DNA of 64,000 bases from the human T2T-CHM13v2.0 reference genome, Homo sapiens. Made by a program: the position numbers and the translations under genes. Each line of letters opens with the position of its first letter. Position 1 is the stretch's first letter. Positions 13,813 through 26,330 of the stretch are shown here, in pieces. The DNA lies in assembly GCF_009914755.1 (NCBI RefSeq), contig NC_060947.1; one strand, 5' to 3'. The notes beneath the pieces are model-generated. The model was not told the DNA's origin. It made no database searches and saw only the letters and a program-made list of their open reading frames with translations.

Positions 13813-14050
13813 ATGATGATGATGATGATGATATAGCAATGGGTCTTAATGAATATTTAACATGTTCTAAGTACTATGGTGAGTGCTTTACATGTAACTT
13901 AGATTATGTATTACTTATGAGACACACTTTAAGAAGATTGAGACTTAAGGAGTTTGATAATTTAATCGAAGTCACAAAATTAGAAAGTAGCTAGACCAGG
14001 ACTCAAACTCAGGAAGTCTGACTTCAGAGTCCATGTTCGAGATCACTGGG
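13813..14050 (-). mobile_element. MIR with (GAT)n tail
   Basis: (gat)n at about 13814-13832, then gaagattgagacttaaggag...gtcacaaaattagaaagt...aggactcaaactcagg...tctgacttcagagtcc. Confidence 0.75.
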
Positions 14051-15261
14051 CAATACTGGGTTAGTCAAGTATGGCCAAAAGGGCTGTTCATAAAGAGATG
14101 GGGACTTCTACTTGAACCACATAATTAGTGTAGAGAAAAGAATAGCTTCCAGGAGAGATAGAGTGTTATTTTCAGTAGAGAATGCAATATCAGACAACCA
14201 AATTCAGCCTGGGCAATTAATACTGACTGTGAGGCATGATTACTACCCACATTTCACAGCTTTAGAAAGCTTGAGTAATTTCTCTTAGTTAATTCAGCAA
14301 TTCAGTAGTGGAGTTGTAACTAGAATTAGGTCTTTTGGCTCAGAGATCAGTGCTCTTTTCATTATAAAATTCTATACCTCCCTATCTATTACATTCTATT
14401 TACTGAATTAACTTGTTCTTCCGGGTACCCACTGAGAGTTCTCATTCCTGCTGCAACTGTATGAGCTATTCAGCCTTGGCTGGATAGAATCTATGTTAAC
14501 TCTTCTCCTTTTCCCCTTCAACCCACCCAGCTCTCCTTCACTTCCAGGCAAACTAAGGGGCAGCATCTTCTAGGCCCCTGTTATGGTTGCTGAATACCTC
14601 CATCAGAGGAAATACCTTATTTACTTCTGCTTGTTTATTGGCATGCATGTCTCCCTACCAGAATATAAGTCCAGGAAGGGCAGAATAGAATTTTCACTAC
14701 CTGTATAACCCAGACAAGTGTGATTTGAATTACATATTAAGATTGTAATATATACTTGAATGGATAGTTTGGAACTCTTCATTTCACAAATATTTATTGA
14801 ACAACTTTCCTGAAAGATTATGAGAAGATAATGACCTCAAGGGATTCACTGTCTTATAAGAGAGATAAGCCATAGGTCATAAATAATAATATGAAGTAGG
14901 AATTAAGACCTAGGGTAAAGCCAGTCTTTCCTAGAATGAAAACCTTCTCCACACTCAATGTCAGCAAATGCAACCCAAGAAGGCCTGCCCCTCTGACACA
15001 GATTTTTATTACAGTGAATCAGATAGAATGGAAGTTTCATTCAGTCTCCAATGCCACTACTTAAATTGACCTCCAATCACCAGGTGGTTTTCTATTGCTA
15101 ATATTAGTTGATTTATCTTTTTAAGTGGACATTTGTATATTTGTACTGGCCTAACAAATCCACTTTAGGAAAATAATATTTACCTTGCTGGGTTAATAGT
15201 ACCTTTTGGGTTGTGGTAAAAATTAAATGAAATATTCCTATAACACATTTTATATAGTGAG

Positions 15262-17508
15262 TATATTAGTCTGTTCTCATGCTGCTAATAAAGACATACC
15301 TGAGACTGGGTAATTTGTAAAGGAAAAAAGTTTAATTGACTCACAGGTCCACATGGCTGACGAGGCCTCACAATCATGGCGGAAGGTGAAGGAAGAGCAA
15401 AGGTACATCTTACATGGCGGCAGGCAAAGAGAGAGCATGTGTAGGAGAACCCCCCTTTATAAAATCATCAGATCTCGTGAGACTTATTCACTACCACCAG
15501 AACAGCATGGGAAAGACTGCCCCTGTGATTGAATTACCTCCAACCAGGACCTTCCCACAATACTTGGGAATTATGGGAGTTACAATTCAAGATGAGATTT
15601 GGGTGGGGACACAGCCAAACCATATCATTGCACCCCTGGTTCCTCCCAAATCTCATGTCCTCACATTTCAAAACAAATCATGCCTTCTCAACAGTCCCGC
15701 AAAGTCTTAACTCATTTCAGCATTAACTCAAAAGTCCACAGTTCAAAGTCTTATTTGAGATAAGGCAAGGCCCTTCTGTCTATGAGCCTGTAAAATCAAA
15801 AGAAAGTTAGTTACTTCCTAGCCACAATGGGCTATAGGCATTGGGCCAATAAACCCACTCCAAATGGGAGAAATTGGCCAAAACAAAGGGACCATAGGCC
15901 CCATGCAAGTCTGAAACCCCATAGGGCAGTCATTAAACCTTAAAGTTCCAAAATGATCTCCTTTGAGTCCATGTCGCACATCCAGATCATGCTGATGCAA
16001 GAGGTGGGCTCCCACGGCCTTGTGAAGCTCTGTCCCTGTGGTTTTGCAGGGTACAGCCCCCCTTCTGGCTGCTTTCACAGGCTGGCATTGAGTGTCTGTG
16101 GCTTTTCCAGGTGTACAGTGCAAGCTGTCATTGGATTTACCATTCTGAGATCTAGACGATGGTGGTCATCTTCTTACAGCTCCACTAGGCAGTGCTCCAG
16201 TAGGGACTCTGGGGTTGGGGGGCTCCAACTCCACATTTCCCTTCTGTACTGCTTTAGCAGAGGTTCTCCATGAGGGTCCCACCCTTGCAACAAATTTCTG
16301 CCTGGACATCTAGGCATTTCCATACATCCTCTGAAATCTAGGCAGAGGTTCCTACACCTCAATTCTTGACTTCTGTGCACCCACAGGCTCAATACCATGT
16401 GGAAGCTGCCAAGGCTTGGGGCTTACGCCCTCTGGAACCATGGCCTGAGCTGTACCTTGGCTCCTTTTAGCCATGGCTGGCGTGGCTGTGACGAAGGGCA
16501 CTAAGTCCCTAGGCTGCACACAGCATGGGGGCCCTGTACCCAGCTCAAGAAACTATTTTTCCTCACTAGGCCTTCAGGCCTGTGATGGGAGGGGTTGTCT
16601 TGAAGGTCCCTGACATGCCCTGGAGACATTTTCCCCATTGTCTTGGGGATTAACATTGGACTCCTTGTTATTTATGGAGATTTATGCAGTCAGCTTCAAT
16701 TTCTCCTCCGAAATTAGGGCTTTCTTTTCTATCACATTGTCAGGCTTAACATTTTCCTAGCTTTTATGCTCTACTTCCTCTTGAACACTTTGCTGCTTAG
16801 AAATTTCTTCCACCAGATACTCTAAATCATCTCTCTCAAATTCAAAGTTCCACAGACCTCTAGGGCACCAGTCTCTTTGCAAAAGCATAGCAAGAGTGAC
16901 CTTACTCCAGTTCTCAACAAGCTCCTTATCTCCATCTGAGCCCACCTCAGCCTAGAACTTACTGTCCATATCACTATTGGTATTTTGGTCAAAGCCATTC
17001 AACAGGTCTTTAGGAAGTTCCAAACTTCCCCACATTTTCCTGTCTTCTTCTGAGCCTTCCAAATCGTTCCAGCCTCTGGCTTTGCCCACTTCCAAAGTCA
17101 CTTCCACATTTTTGGGTATCCTTACAGTAATGTCCCACTACCCAGTACCAATTTACTGTATTAGTCTGTTCTCATGCTGCTAATAAAGACATACCTGAGA
17201 TTGGGTAATTTATAAAAGAAATAGGTTTAATTGACTCACAGTTCCACATGGCTGGGGAGTCCTCACAATCATGACAGAAGATGAATGAGGAACAAAGTCA
17301 CGTCTTACATGATGGCAGACAAAGAGCATGTACAGGGGAACTCCCCTTTATAAAACCATCAGATCTCATGAGACTTCATAGAACAGCATGAGACAGATTG
17401 CCCCCATGATTCAATTAACTCCCACTGGGTCCCTTCCATGACATGTAGGAATTATGAGAGCTACAATTCAAGATGAGATTTGGGTGGGAACACTGCCTAA
17501 CCATATCA
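15262..17508 (-). mobile_element. Complete THE1B provirus (3' LTR 15262-15627, internal 15628-17156, 5' LTR 17157-17508), inserted in a MIR
   Basis: Two THE1B-type LTRs flank about 1.5 kb of THE1-int. PBS-side sequence cccagtaccaattta abuts the 5' LTR. Exact 5-bp TSD gtgag at 15257-15261 and 17509-17513. Confidence 0.96.
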
Positions 17509-19859
17509 GTGAGCATTCACAATTGTTTTTCTTGGCAGTAGGGTTGTTAAAATAAGCTTTGAGAATTATACATTCAAACAAAGAGTATCAATAAAAACTT
17601 ATATTTGACAAATTGAAGCATTGTTCTATTTTAAAGAAACTCTTTGCTAGGCTTCAAGCATGCACATATGATCCTGTTCTCAGTCCCCACTGGTTTTTAC
17701 ATCTTCATTTCAGACTTGTTTGAAACCAGACTTCCTTGCAGCAGTAATGTGAAATCTTAAAGCATCAACTCAAGCAGTATTTCACAATTTACCTTGTAAA
17801 TCAACCAGAGAACTGAATCCAGAATATTGCCTTACTTGGAATACTTTTCTTCCTTTTCCCTATATATTTAACTCTTAATTTATTCTGGACACACAACTGA
17901 GGGACATGGCTCTCCCTTGCTAGGCAAGCAAATATATTCAGTTTTTTTTTCTTCTATTTAACACCTGTCCTCTGACTTCCTTTAACTTTGGAAGAGGTAC
18001 AGATTCATCTGTATTGGAGCCTGAAAGAAATGAACATATCATAGAAAGCCATCACAGGGTATAAAACTCTTACAGCCTAATAAAATTCTCAAAAGAAGGA
18101 TGATATTAAATTCTTATGGACTGTAAAGTCATAGTATTTGCACCTAAAAGGCTAGAACAGCCTTCAAAAATTTTGGAAATGAGAAGAAAGGTATTATTCG
18201 TAGGTGGGAAAACTGCCAATAATTTCATTTTTAAAGGTACATCCTTCTATATGCTGTTAAGTTTTTGTTTGCTTGTTTGCTTGTCCTTTCTCTACATTGT
18301 CAATTTATTTGCATACATTGGGGGCACCTTTTAAGAGAGCTTGGATAAATAATACCATGGACTTCTTTTAATATTTTTATATATTTTTCTAGGTAAAGTC
18401 ATGTTGGAAAAGACGTAAAGGGGTTTTGAAACAGGAAATAAGTCATAAAATACGCAACTTAAGGGATAAGAGTATAAATAAATGTGGGAGTAAGGAGAGA
18501 CATATCTATTCATTTTGCCCTCTTTTATTCTGGTTTGGTGAAAAGGGTTTAAGAACTGATTGTAGGCATATAAACCTTCTTTCCAAGCTGCATAATTGGT
18601 AGTCTTCTTTCTAAAGGCCAAAACACATAATAAAGATGTGACTCTAGGGAAGTAATTGGCCTTTTACCCCAAACTTTACCTTTCTATATACCATCTATCA
18701 AATTAATCATATTCAATGGCTTTCTCCTTCCTTTAGTCCTTCCTCCATCCCTTCCTACTGTTCTGTGCATGTTCTTTTTCTCTTTTTCTCTCTCTTCGTC
18801 TTCTTTTCTTTCTCTCCCTATACATCATCCCTTACCACTCTTGAGCCTATGTTCTGTTACTCAGCCCTCTTTTAAAAATTGCTTATTGTAATACTGACTC
18901 AGAGAGCACAGTGACTTTCAGCATATGGTTGTTAGCTAATGCCCCATAAGTCTAGAGAGAAATATATTAGCTATGATTTGATTTGTCAAAAGGCAGCAGA
19001 ACTTACTGGTTAGTATATGAAATACAAAGAGGAATCCCACATTTGCTGTTAGTAGAGATGATGAATGTGCTATGCTCAGGGTTGATGACTGTGTCTTCCC
19101 CCCTCAGATACAGGCGGATATTCCATTGCTGGGCAATGTATTCAAATGTAAGGAATGTGTAACTGTAAAAGAGATGGGCTCTGTGGTTTAGTGTTATCTG
19201 TAGGCCTTTAAACATTGCAACAGTAATTCTCCTTTTGTGCTGGCTGCTCGAGGAAATCTTATGAACCTCAGCACTTTCACGGCCAAAAGGTTAAAAGATT
19301 TCCTGGAAGACTGAGGGAAAAGGTTCCAAAACTTCTACCTTGCATTCTGTCCTTGAAGGTGTTATGTGACATGCTGATGAAGAAAAGAAAGAGCCAGCAA
19401 AATTCTGCATAGCAAAATAATAATAAATAGTGTCTGGCTTTTGTGATTACAACCAAAGCCATTCAGGTGTACCACAAGCTTTCAGAAAGTCAATAGTTTA
19501 AAAAAATGTATTGATTGTTACTAGGACCCTTAGAGAATGGCCAAGAATTTTCCAGTTGATCAAAGATGACATTCTAAGAACAACAAACTTTTCCAGACAG
19601 GTTATAATCACCAGAGATGTTAAAATTATGTTTAAAATGTAGTGGTTTTATTTGGAAAGGAATGAAAGAGTAATCAAAGATAGTACATGTATTAACAATC
19701 ACAAAATGATTCTCCTACTCCCCAAATTAATTTGTTTACTGTTAAGAATAATTTGATACAAGCAATATAAGATAAAGACAACTTTTCAAGTTATAAAATG
19801 AAATGTCATGTATTAATACACAATGCTTGATTCTGAGCACATTATATTGAAAAGAACAA

Positions 19860-20000
19860 GAAGAGTCAGACAAGGCTGAGATCAAAGCTCTTTGGGCCAG
19901 TTATTCGTACTATGCCCCTGAGAAATTTAACCTCTTTAAGTCTGTTTTATTCTCTGTGAAATGGAGATACTATTTCCTATAGTATTTAGTGAGTACATAA
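19860..20000 (+). mobile_element. MIR
   Basis: gagtcagaca...tttaacctctttaagtctgtttt...tctctgtgaaatggagata. Confidence 0.6.
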
Positions 20001-21774
20001 TAAGAGTTATATTCCTTAACTTTCCATGAGCATTTATTACAGGTTGAAGAACAGCTGCCTAATTTGTTTGTCTGTTATGCATAGGGAGCCCCAGAGGCAT
20101 CCAAAACTTGAAAAAAAAATCTGCTATTCTTTATGTGGAATGCTGTGATTGGGTTCTCAGTGGGAAGCAAAAGGGGACAGAGTAGATGGCTTCTCAGGGC
20201 TTCTTGGGACTAGGGTGACTTAGTTACTGCAAGCAACTTAAGCATCTATTTCTTGAATAATGCCTGCGCAGAGCAAGGCAACACTGTTCCTTTCCACTTT
20301 GTGTTTCTTCTTTGGCCTCTGTCTCATGGTCTATCTGCTTTAACTGAGCCACCTCCTTCCTGATTAATGAGTCCAATGTGTTTGCTGCCATGCACTCTCA
20401 GGAGCTTATTGGTATGTCACTTTGGATTACAGGAAGCTTCAGTGATATATAAAGTGCACATGTAGTAGGAACTTCTACTTTAATAATTGTTACTCACCAG
20501 CATTTCTGCACCATATTATTTCTAAGCAACTAAATTTAAGAGTGCAAGGGAGTTACTTAGTCATGTTAAAGAGTATCAGAGTTCTAGGTTTTATCTATGA
20601 CATCACGGCAATTCTGAGAGACGGATTCATTTAGATTCCCTGGGTTATATATTTTGTGCACATAAAATGGATGTATTTGCCCTCTCCCAGATTTGAATGA
20701 CAACGAAGAATAGCCAAATATACTGCAAATGAAAACCACAAATTATGTAAAATATAAGCAGGGCTTTAAATTCTGAGGCTTTATTAGTCAGTTTATATAT
20801 CCTCACTTGGACACCAAAAGATGATAAAAATTGTTACCTATACTGTTCCATATTTTGGAACTTGTACAAAATTTGTACTGCCTTTATGACTCTGCAACTC
20901 ATTTATTATGACAAGAGTTACATATGAATAATAGAAAAAAGTTTTCAGCCATATGCAGGTTGTTGCAGTTAACATTCTATGAGAATGGAGATTCATACCT
21001 AATGGAATCATTTTGTTAAATAAGGAGGGAGCATCTCATCAGGCATTCAAGGAACTGTGGGTTTGACTTCAGATCTATTTATATTTCTGCAATTCTCATT
21101 AAATGTATGGTTACAGATACTGGAAATATGTTCATGTTTCTTTGTGAAAGTCTTCTTTCTAAGGGGCAAAACACACATTAAAGATGTGATTCTAGGAAAG
21201 TAATCTGATCTGTCTTATGTCAAACAGGACCCAAGTGGCAAAGGATAGAATCTAAAGTACTGAGTCTGAACAAGAATGGGTTCCTGCAGTGGATGGTGGG
21301 AAATAGTGCCTTCATTTGGGAGAGGGTGTCAGTGGACTTTGGGAAGGACATAGGGAAACTACAAATTATTGAACTCTGTTGTGTTCAAGACTCTGGACTT
21401 CCTTATTTACATATGTCACATTGCTTAATTATTCCAACAACTAGCATATTCTGTCTCTGCAGGCAAGCTACACATGAAGCCAAATTACATTCACAGGGTT
21501 CTTTGGTGAGCATGGAATCAGAACAAAAAGAGTTGGTTGTATAATATGAATGTTTAATATTTGTAATAACTTCCCTGTTAAACATAAGCCTGCACACATA
21601 GATCACAGAGGTTGTGTCCTTGGGTCTGATCTACCTCACTCCTTGTGGTACATCTTGTCTTGGATAGGTACAATATTTGCCTTTTAGACTTTCTCTTTTT
21701 CGTGTTCTGTGGCTGACCATCCCCATTCTTATAGACATTGGCCTGGGAGAAATTATTTCTTTGAGATGATGGTA

Positions 21775-22192
21775 GTTGTTAGTTTTTATTGCAAAACAAA
21801 CAACTTGAAAATCCACTGGTTATGGCACCAAACATTTATTTTTAAGTTCCTAGGTCTGTAGGTCACCCATGATTCAGCTGATCTAGGCTGAACTTGGCTG
21901 GGCCACATCGGACACCAGACTTCTGGTCAGGTTCAAATCTATTCTTCTGTTTTCTGGGGCCAAGGCTAGAGAGGTCATGGCTCTCTGGAATATGCTCTTC
22001 TAATGGCAGATGACAGGAGCACAGGATGGCAAGCAGAAACAGGGGATGTTTCTTAAGGCCTTAGCTTGGAACTGTCACACTGTCACTTTCCCCACAATCT
22101 GTTGACTAAATAGTCACAGGTCCAAGCTCAGCATCAGTAGACTGGAGAAGTATACTCTTATTAAAGTAGCTAAACTGTTCCAATCTACCACA
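21775..22192 (-). mobile_element. MLT1 LTR (MLT1H/I group)
   Basis: aaacatttatt...cagctgatctaggctg...aaggccttagcttggaactgtcacactgtcactt...ggagaagtatactct. Confidence 0.75.
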
Positions 22193-22837
22193 ATGACTCT
22201 GAAGACATATACTCTTAAATATCATGTGTTATTTTATATTTTATTTCTGAGCGGACTAGTTCCTTTAGATTCTTGGGAGTGGCAAAGGAGCATTGCATCT
22301 TATTTTTGTTTTCTATTCTTATCTGCAGGAAGGGGGCATGATCGAATCTTCTGCTTTCCTTTTGAGCATTTTCTCTGTGAGCCAAACTGACTGTTATCCC
22401 TGCCACCAGGTATATTAATGCTGTAAGGAATTGTGCAGGAGGTCAAAAACCTGGAGGATGCCTTACTTGGCCTGATGTCAAGGTAGGTGACAAATCCTAT
22501 TAAATCAGAACCTTTTCCCTTCCTGGTAAATCAGCCTCATCTATCTTTGCTAAAGTTCATTTACCAGCCATCTCAAGGCATCAGTGATGTTTGGGCATCT
22601 GCGTTTCTACTATACTGGTTGCCTCTGAACATTAAATTGCTCACCTATTTCACTAGGTATAAAGATGACGATTTCATTCTGAAAATTATAAAATATACAT
22701 ACAGGAGAATGTATGCAATATATGTACAGATGAAGGCTAATTATAAAGCTGTAAAGTATTCTATGCTATGAACATAGTACAATTTACTGATCTATTCTTC
22801 TTGTGGATGGACATATGAATTTTTCCAGTTTTGAACT

Positions 22838-23207
22838 TTTATTAGTCCATTCTCACACTGCTATAAAGAAATACTTGACACCGGTTAATTTATAAAGGAA
22901 AGAGGTTTAATTGACTCACATTTCTGCATGGCTGGGGGGCCTCAGGAAATTTACAATCATGGTGGAAGGGGAAGCAGGCATGTATTACATGATGGCAGGT
23001 GAGAGAGAATGTGAAGGAGAAACTGTTAAACACTTATAAAACCATCAGCTCTCATGAAAACTCACTCACTATCACGAGAACAGCACGGGGGGAACTGAAC
23101 CCATGATCCCGTCACCTCCCAGCAGGTCCCTCCCTCGACACGTGGAGATTATGGGGATTACTATTCGAGATGAGATTTGGGTGGTGACATAGAGCCAAAG
23201 CATATCA
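22838..23207 (-). mobile_element. THE1D-like solo LTR
   Basis: tattagtccattctcacactgctataaagaaatac...gagatgagatttgggtgg...catatca. Near-TSD gaact/ggact. Confidence 0.9.
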
Positions 23208-23329
23208 GGACTATGATGAATAATACTTCTATGACCATTTTTCTATTTGTCGCCTGGGGAAATTGTGTTTCTCTTGAGAGTTTCTCTAGGATACAAAATG
23301 AGTGGAGTCTGAGTCAAAGGATATGAATA

Positions 23330-23896
23330 ATGAATCAGTTATCTGTTTCTGTGTAAAAACCATCATAAGTGTAGTAACTTAGAACTACCACCATTTTATT
23401 TGCTTATAAATTTTGTGTGTCAGTAATCTGGGCTGGTTTCAGCTAGGCAGTTCTTTTGCTGGTCTCTCCTGGGTTCATTCCTGTGGCTGCTATCACCTGG
23501 CAGCTCAACTAGAATGAGATGGCCCAAGATTGCCTGATTCATATGTGTTGCTGTGATTGCTGACTGTCAGTCAGACCTCTTTCTCTGTGTGGTCTCTACT
23601 CATCAAGGACTAGCTTGTTTTTTTTTTTTTTTTTTTTTTTTTTCTTATCAGTCATGTGACAGCAAGGGGGCAAGAGTAGAAGCTGTAGGTCTCTTGAGAC
23701 CTAGGTTCAATATTCGCACTCCATCACATCCATCTCATTCTACTACAGCAGTCAAAGCATGTCATAAGGTCAACTTGGAATAAAAAATTTGGAGAAATAG
23801 ACATTACCTATGGATGGCAGAGCTGCAAGTCCATATTGAAAAGGGGGCATGCCTACAGGAATATGAAAAATTTGTGGTGATATTTTGCACAAGACA
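23330..23896 (-). mobile_element. MLT1F/G-like LTR
   Basis: tcagttatct...ctgggctggtttcagctaggcagttct...gatggcagagctgcaagt...tttgtggtgatattttgca. Confidence 0.75.
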
Positions 23897-25099
23897 CATC
23901 TCTAACTGTACTAGGTAATGATGAACCACTTTTCAATGTGGTTGTACTTCAAAATTTATGCACTCATTGGTAGTGAATGAGAATTTTTATTGCTTCACTT
24001 CCTTTGCAACTCTTGGTAATGTTAGATTTCTAAATTTTGTCTGTCTGCCCAATATTTAGTGGCAGGTTGTTTTAATTTACATTTTCCTAATTGGTAATGA
24101 ACTTGAGTATCTTTTCTTGTATTTCTTTGCTATTCGGATTTCCTGTTTTATAAAGTGCCTATGTCTTTAGATAATTTTTCTATTAGGTTGCTTTTGTTTT
24201 ATTTTTAATGACTGATGGAAGTTTTTTGTATATTTGGGATATTAGTCCTTTGTTGGTTATAAGACTTATAGATTTTTTTTCTTATGCTGTATTTTGATGA
24301 AAAAATCTGAATTTTAATGTAGCTCAGTTTCATCAATCTTTTCCTTTTGTTCAGCGCTGTTTGTGATTTTAGAGATTTAGTTATGAAAATCCTGTCTTAT
24401 CCTGATGATAGGAAGATAGCCTCCTGTATTACTATGTAAAGGCTTTTAAGTTTTCTTTTATGCCTCAATTTTCTTATTAATCTGGAACCAAATTTTGTTG
24501 TAGTAGTAGTAGTAGCAGCAGTAGTAGTAACAGAAATTGCTGTTGTTACACATGACTTTCCAATAGATGAAAGCTTTGAACTTACTGAGGTTTGAGGGGG
24601 TTATTTTCAGCTTATTTCCTCACTGAAAAATAGGTTATGAATTAGGTAAATGGAAGTAAAAATATCTGCCTAAATTACTAAAAACGAGACAATTATGTGT
24701 GTCCTGAGGACAGGAGCTTTGGAAAGAAGCAAGCCTGGAAGAACCTGAGCCAACATGTACCTCCCAATCCTGTCATTTTGATAAGAACCTCCTCAGCCCT
24801 CCTTTGGGGAGGCATACCTGAGGAGGGAGTATAGAGGAAGAAGCTGAGTGGATTCCTTCTTTTTTTCTTTCCTGTTGTAGAGTAGAGTGGAATTTTTCTT
24901 CCCTCTGGGTGAACTTGGGGACTAGGGAATAATATCCCTGGCCGTTCTGACACTTTTCTTCATTATTAAAGGCATAAGTCAAACTGAGAAACCTTATCTA
25001 ACCTTACTTTGATCACATGAATGAGTTCCTTTCAAAACTCTTTAGGCAAGGAAGTAATGAATTGCACTGACATTCTAGAGTGCATTGTAAAGTGAGCCC

Positions 25100-25250
25100 A
25101 GCAAGGTAAGAGTCAGGAGATCTGGATTCCAGGTTCTGCTGCCATTGACGATGGCCAGAAAGAAGTCACCCTCATTTTCTGGGCTTAAGATTCATCACCT
25201 GCAAAATAAGGGAACTTAACAAAATGATCTTTAAGGTCCTTTCCATCTCT
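25100..25250 (+). mobile_element. MIR3-like
   Basis: gagtcaggagatctggattccagg...atgatctttaaggtcctttcca. Confidence 0.6.
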
Positions 25251-26330
25251 CTCAATTATTTATTCCATCATGGCAGTCAGTTGTGTATGTTAAGAGGCAG
25301 TATGTTCAGAAGTCTTGCCTACTGGGTTGGCATACTAAAGCCTTACCTAGCTAGCACAAAAGATCCATGTAGCATGACAGACACAACTGCTATGACATTA
25401 AATTTTTGATAGCAGCAACTTATATGGGGTGCAATCATATATTTTTTATATGTAAACGCAAAAGCTTAGGGAACAGTTCACATGAAATGAAAAAAGTGAA
25501 CTTTTGTAGAATCATGTCTTTTTTAGATTCTAATAAAATGCTAATCTGATCTTACTGCTGTAAAATAAACAATGATTTTTTTTAAAGTATAAAGATTGTT
25601 GTAAGATACTGCCTCACTTATCCGTTATCATGTGTTGGAAAGATGATTCATGAGATCTAGCTTGTGAGTAAGGCTTTTCTGGTGGACTTTCTGAGGAGGC
25701 CTTTGAGACTACAGAGTCTCTTTAAGAGAATGGCAAAGCAGTAGAACTTGATTAATATAGATATTTTTCCCCTTCGTCTAATGATTAAGGCAAGTGAGAT
25801 TGTTGTCCCCATTAAAAGCTCAGGCAGTCTTTACCAATTACTCTTTGGAACATTTGACTAAAATGAAGATAAAGTCCTCATTTAGCATTTATTCTATTAT
25901 TTTCAAAAGCTGGCATTGTATTATTTTGATGTTAATTTATGTACAACTACTTGTCAGACCACAAAGGCTTAGGATAGAGACCAAGTTCCAATTTTCTTAG
26001 TCATTGGGTGCTTCTGGCCTCCTGGAAATTTAAGTGTATGTTAACAGAAGCAATGTGAACGTCTTGTATTATAATAATTCCTACAGCTACAGTCATTTTA
26101 GGGCATACTCTAATTTTTTAAATCACCTTTGAAATGAAAATTTTACTCTAGAGTCTAAAAATGGGAAACAAATAGGCTCATAACTTTCTATGTTATCCAG
26201 AAGGGTCTATTAATTAATTGGTCAAGGAACATTATGATGTAATATTAGGAGAATGGTTTTTGGTCTTAGACTGAACAGGTCTGTAACTAACAGGCTATTT
26301 GACCTTGGTTAATTTATTCAAACTCTAAGT

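Larger units (their letters stand above)
22670..24490 (-). mobile_element. Old L1M (L1ME-like) 3' region, interrupted by THE1D and MLT1
   Basis: Collinear L1 3' pieces at about 22670-22837, 23208-23330 and 23897-24490 (gtggatggacat...; ttcacttcctttgcaac...; tttaatgtagctcagtttcatcaatc). Confidence 0.7.

Noticed and set aside
13657-13994. Poly-His and poly-Asp ORFs
   Set aside because: Translations of the (GAT)n tail of a MIR.
15262-17508. Sequence differences between the two THE1B LTRs as a sign of a recombinant provirus
   Set aside because: The exact shared TSD and largely CpG-type transitions fit ordinary post-insertion divergence.
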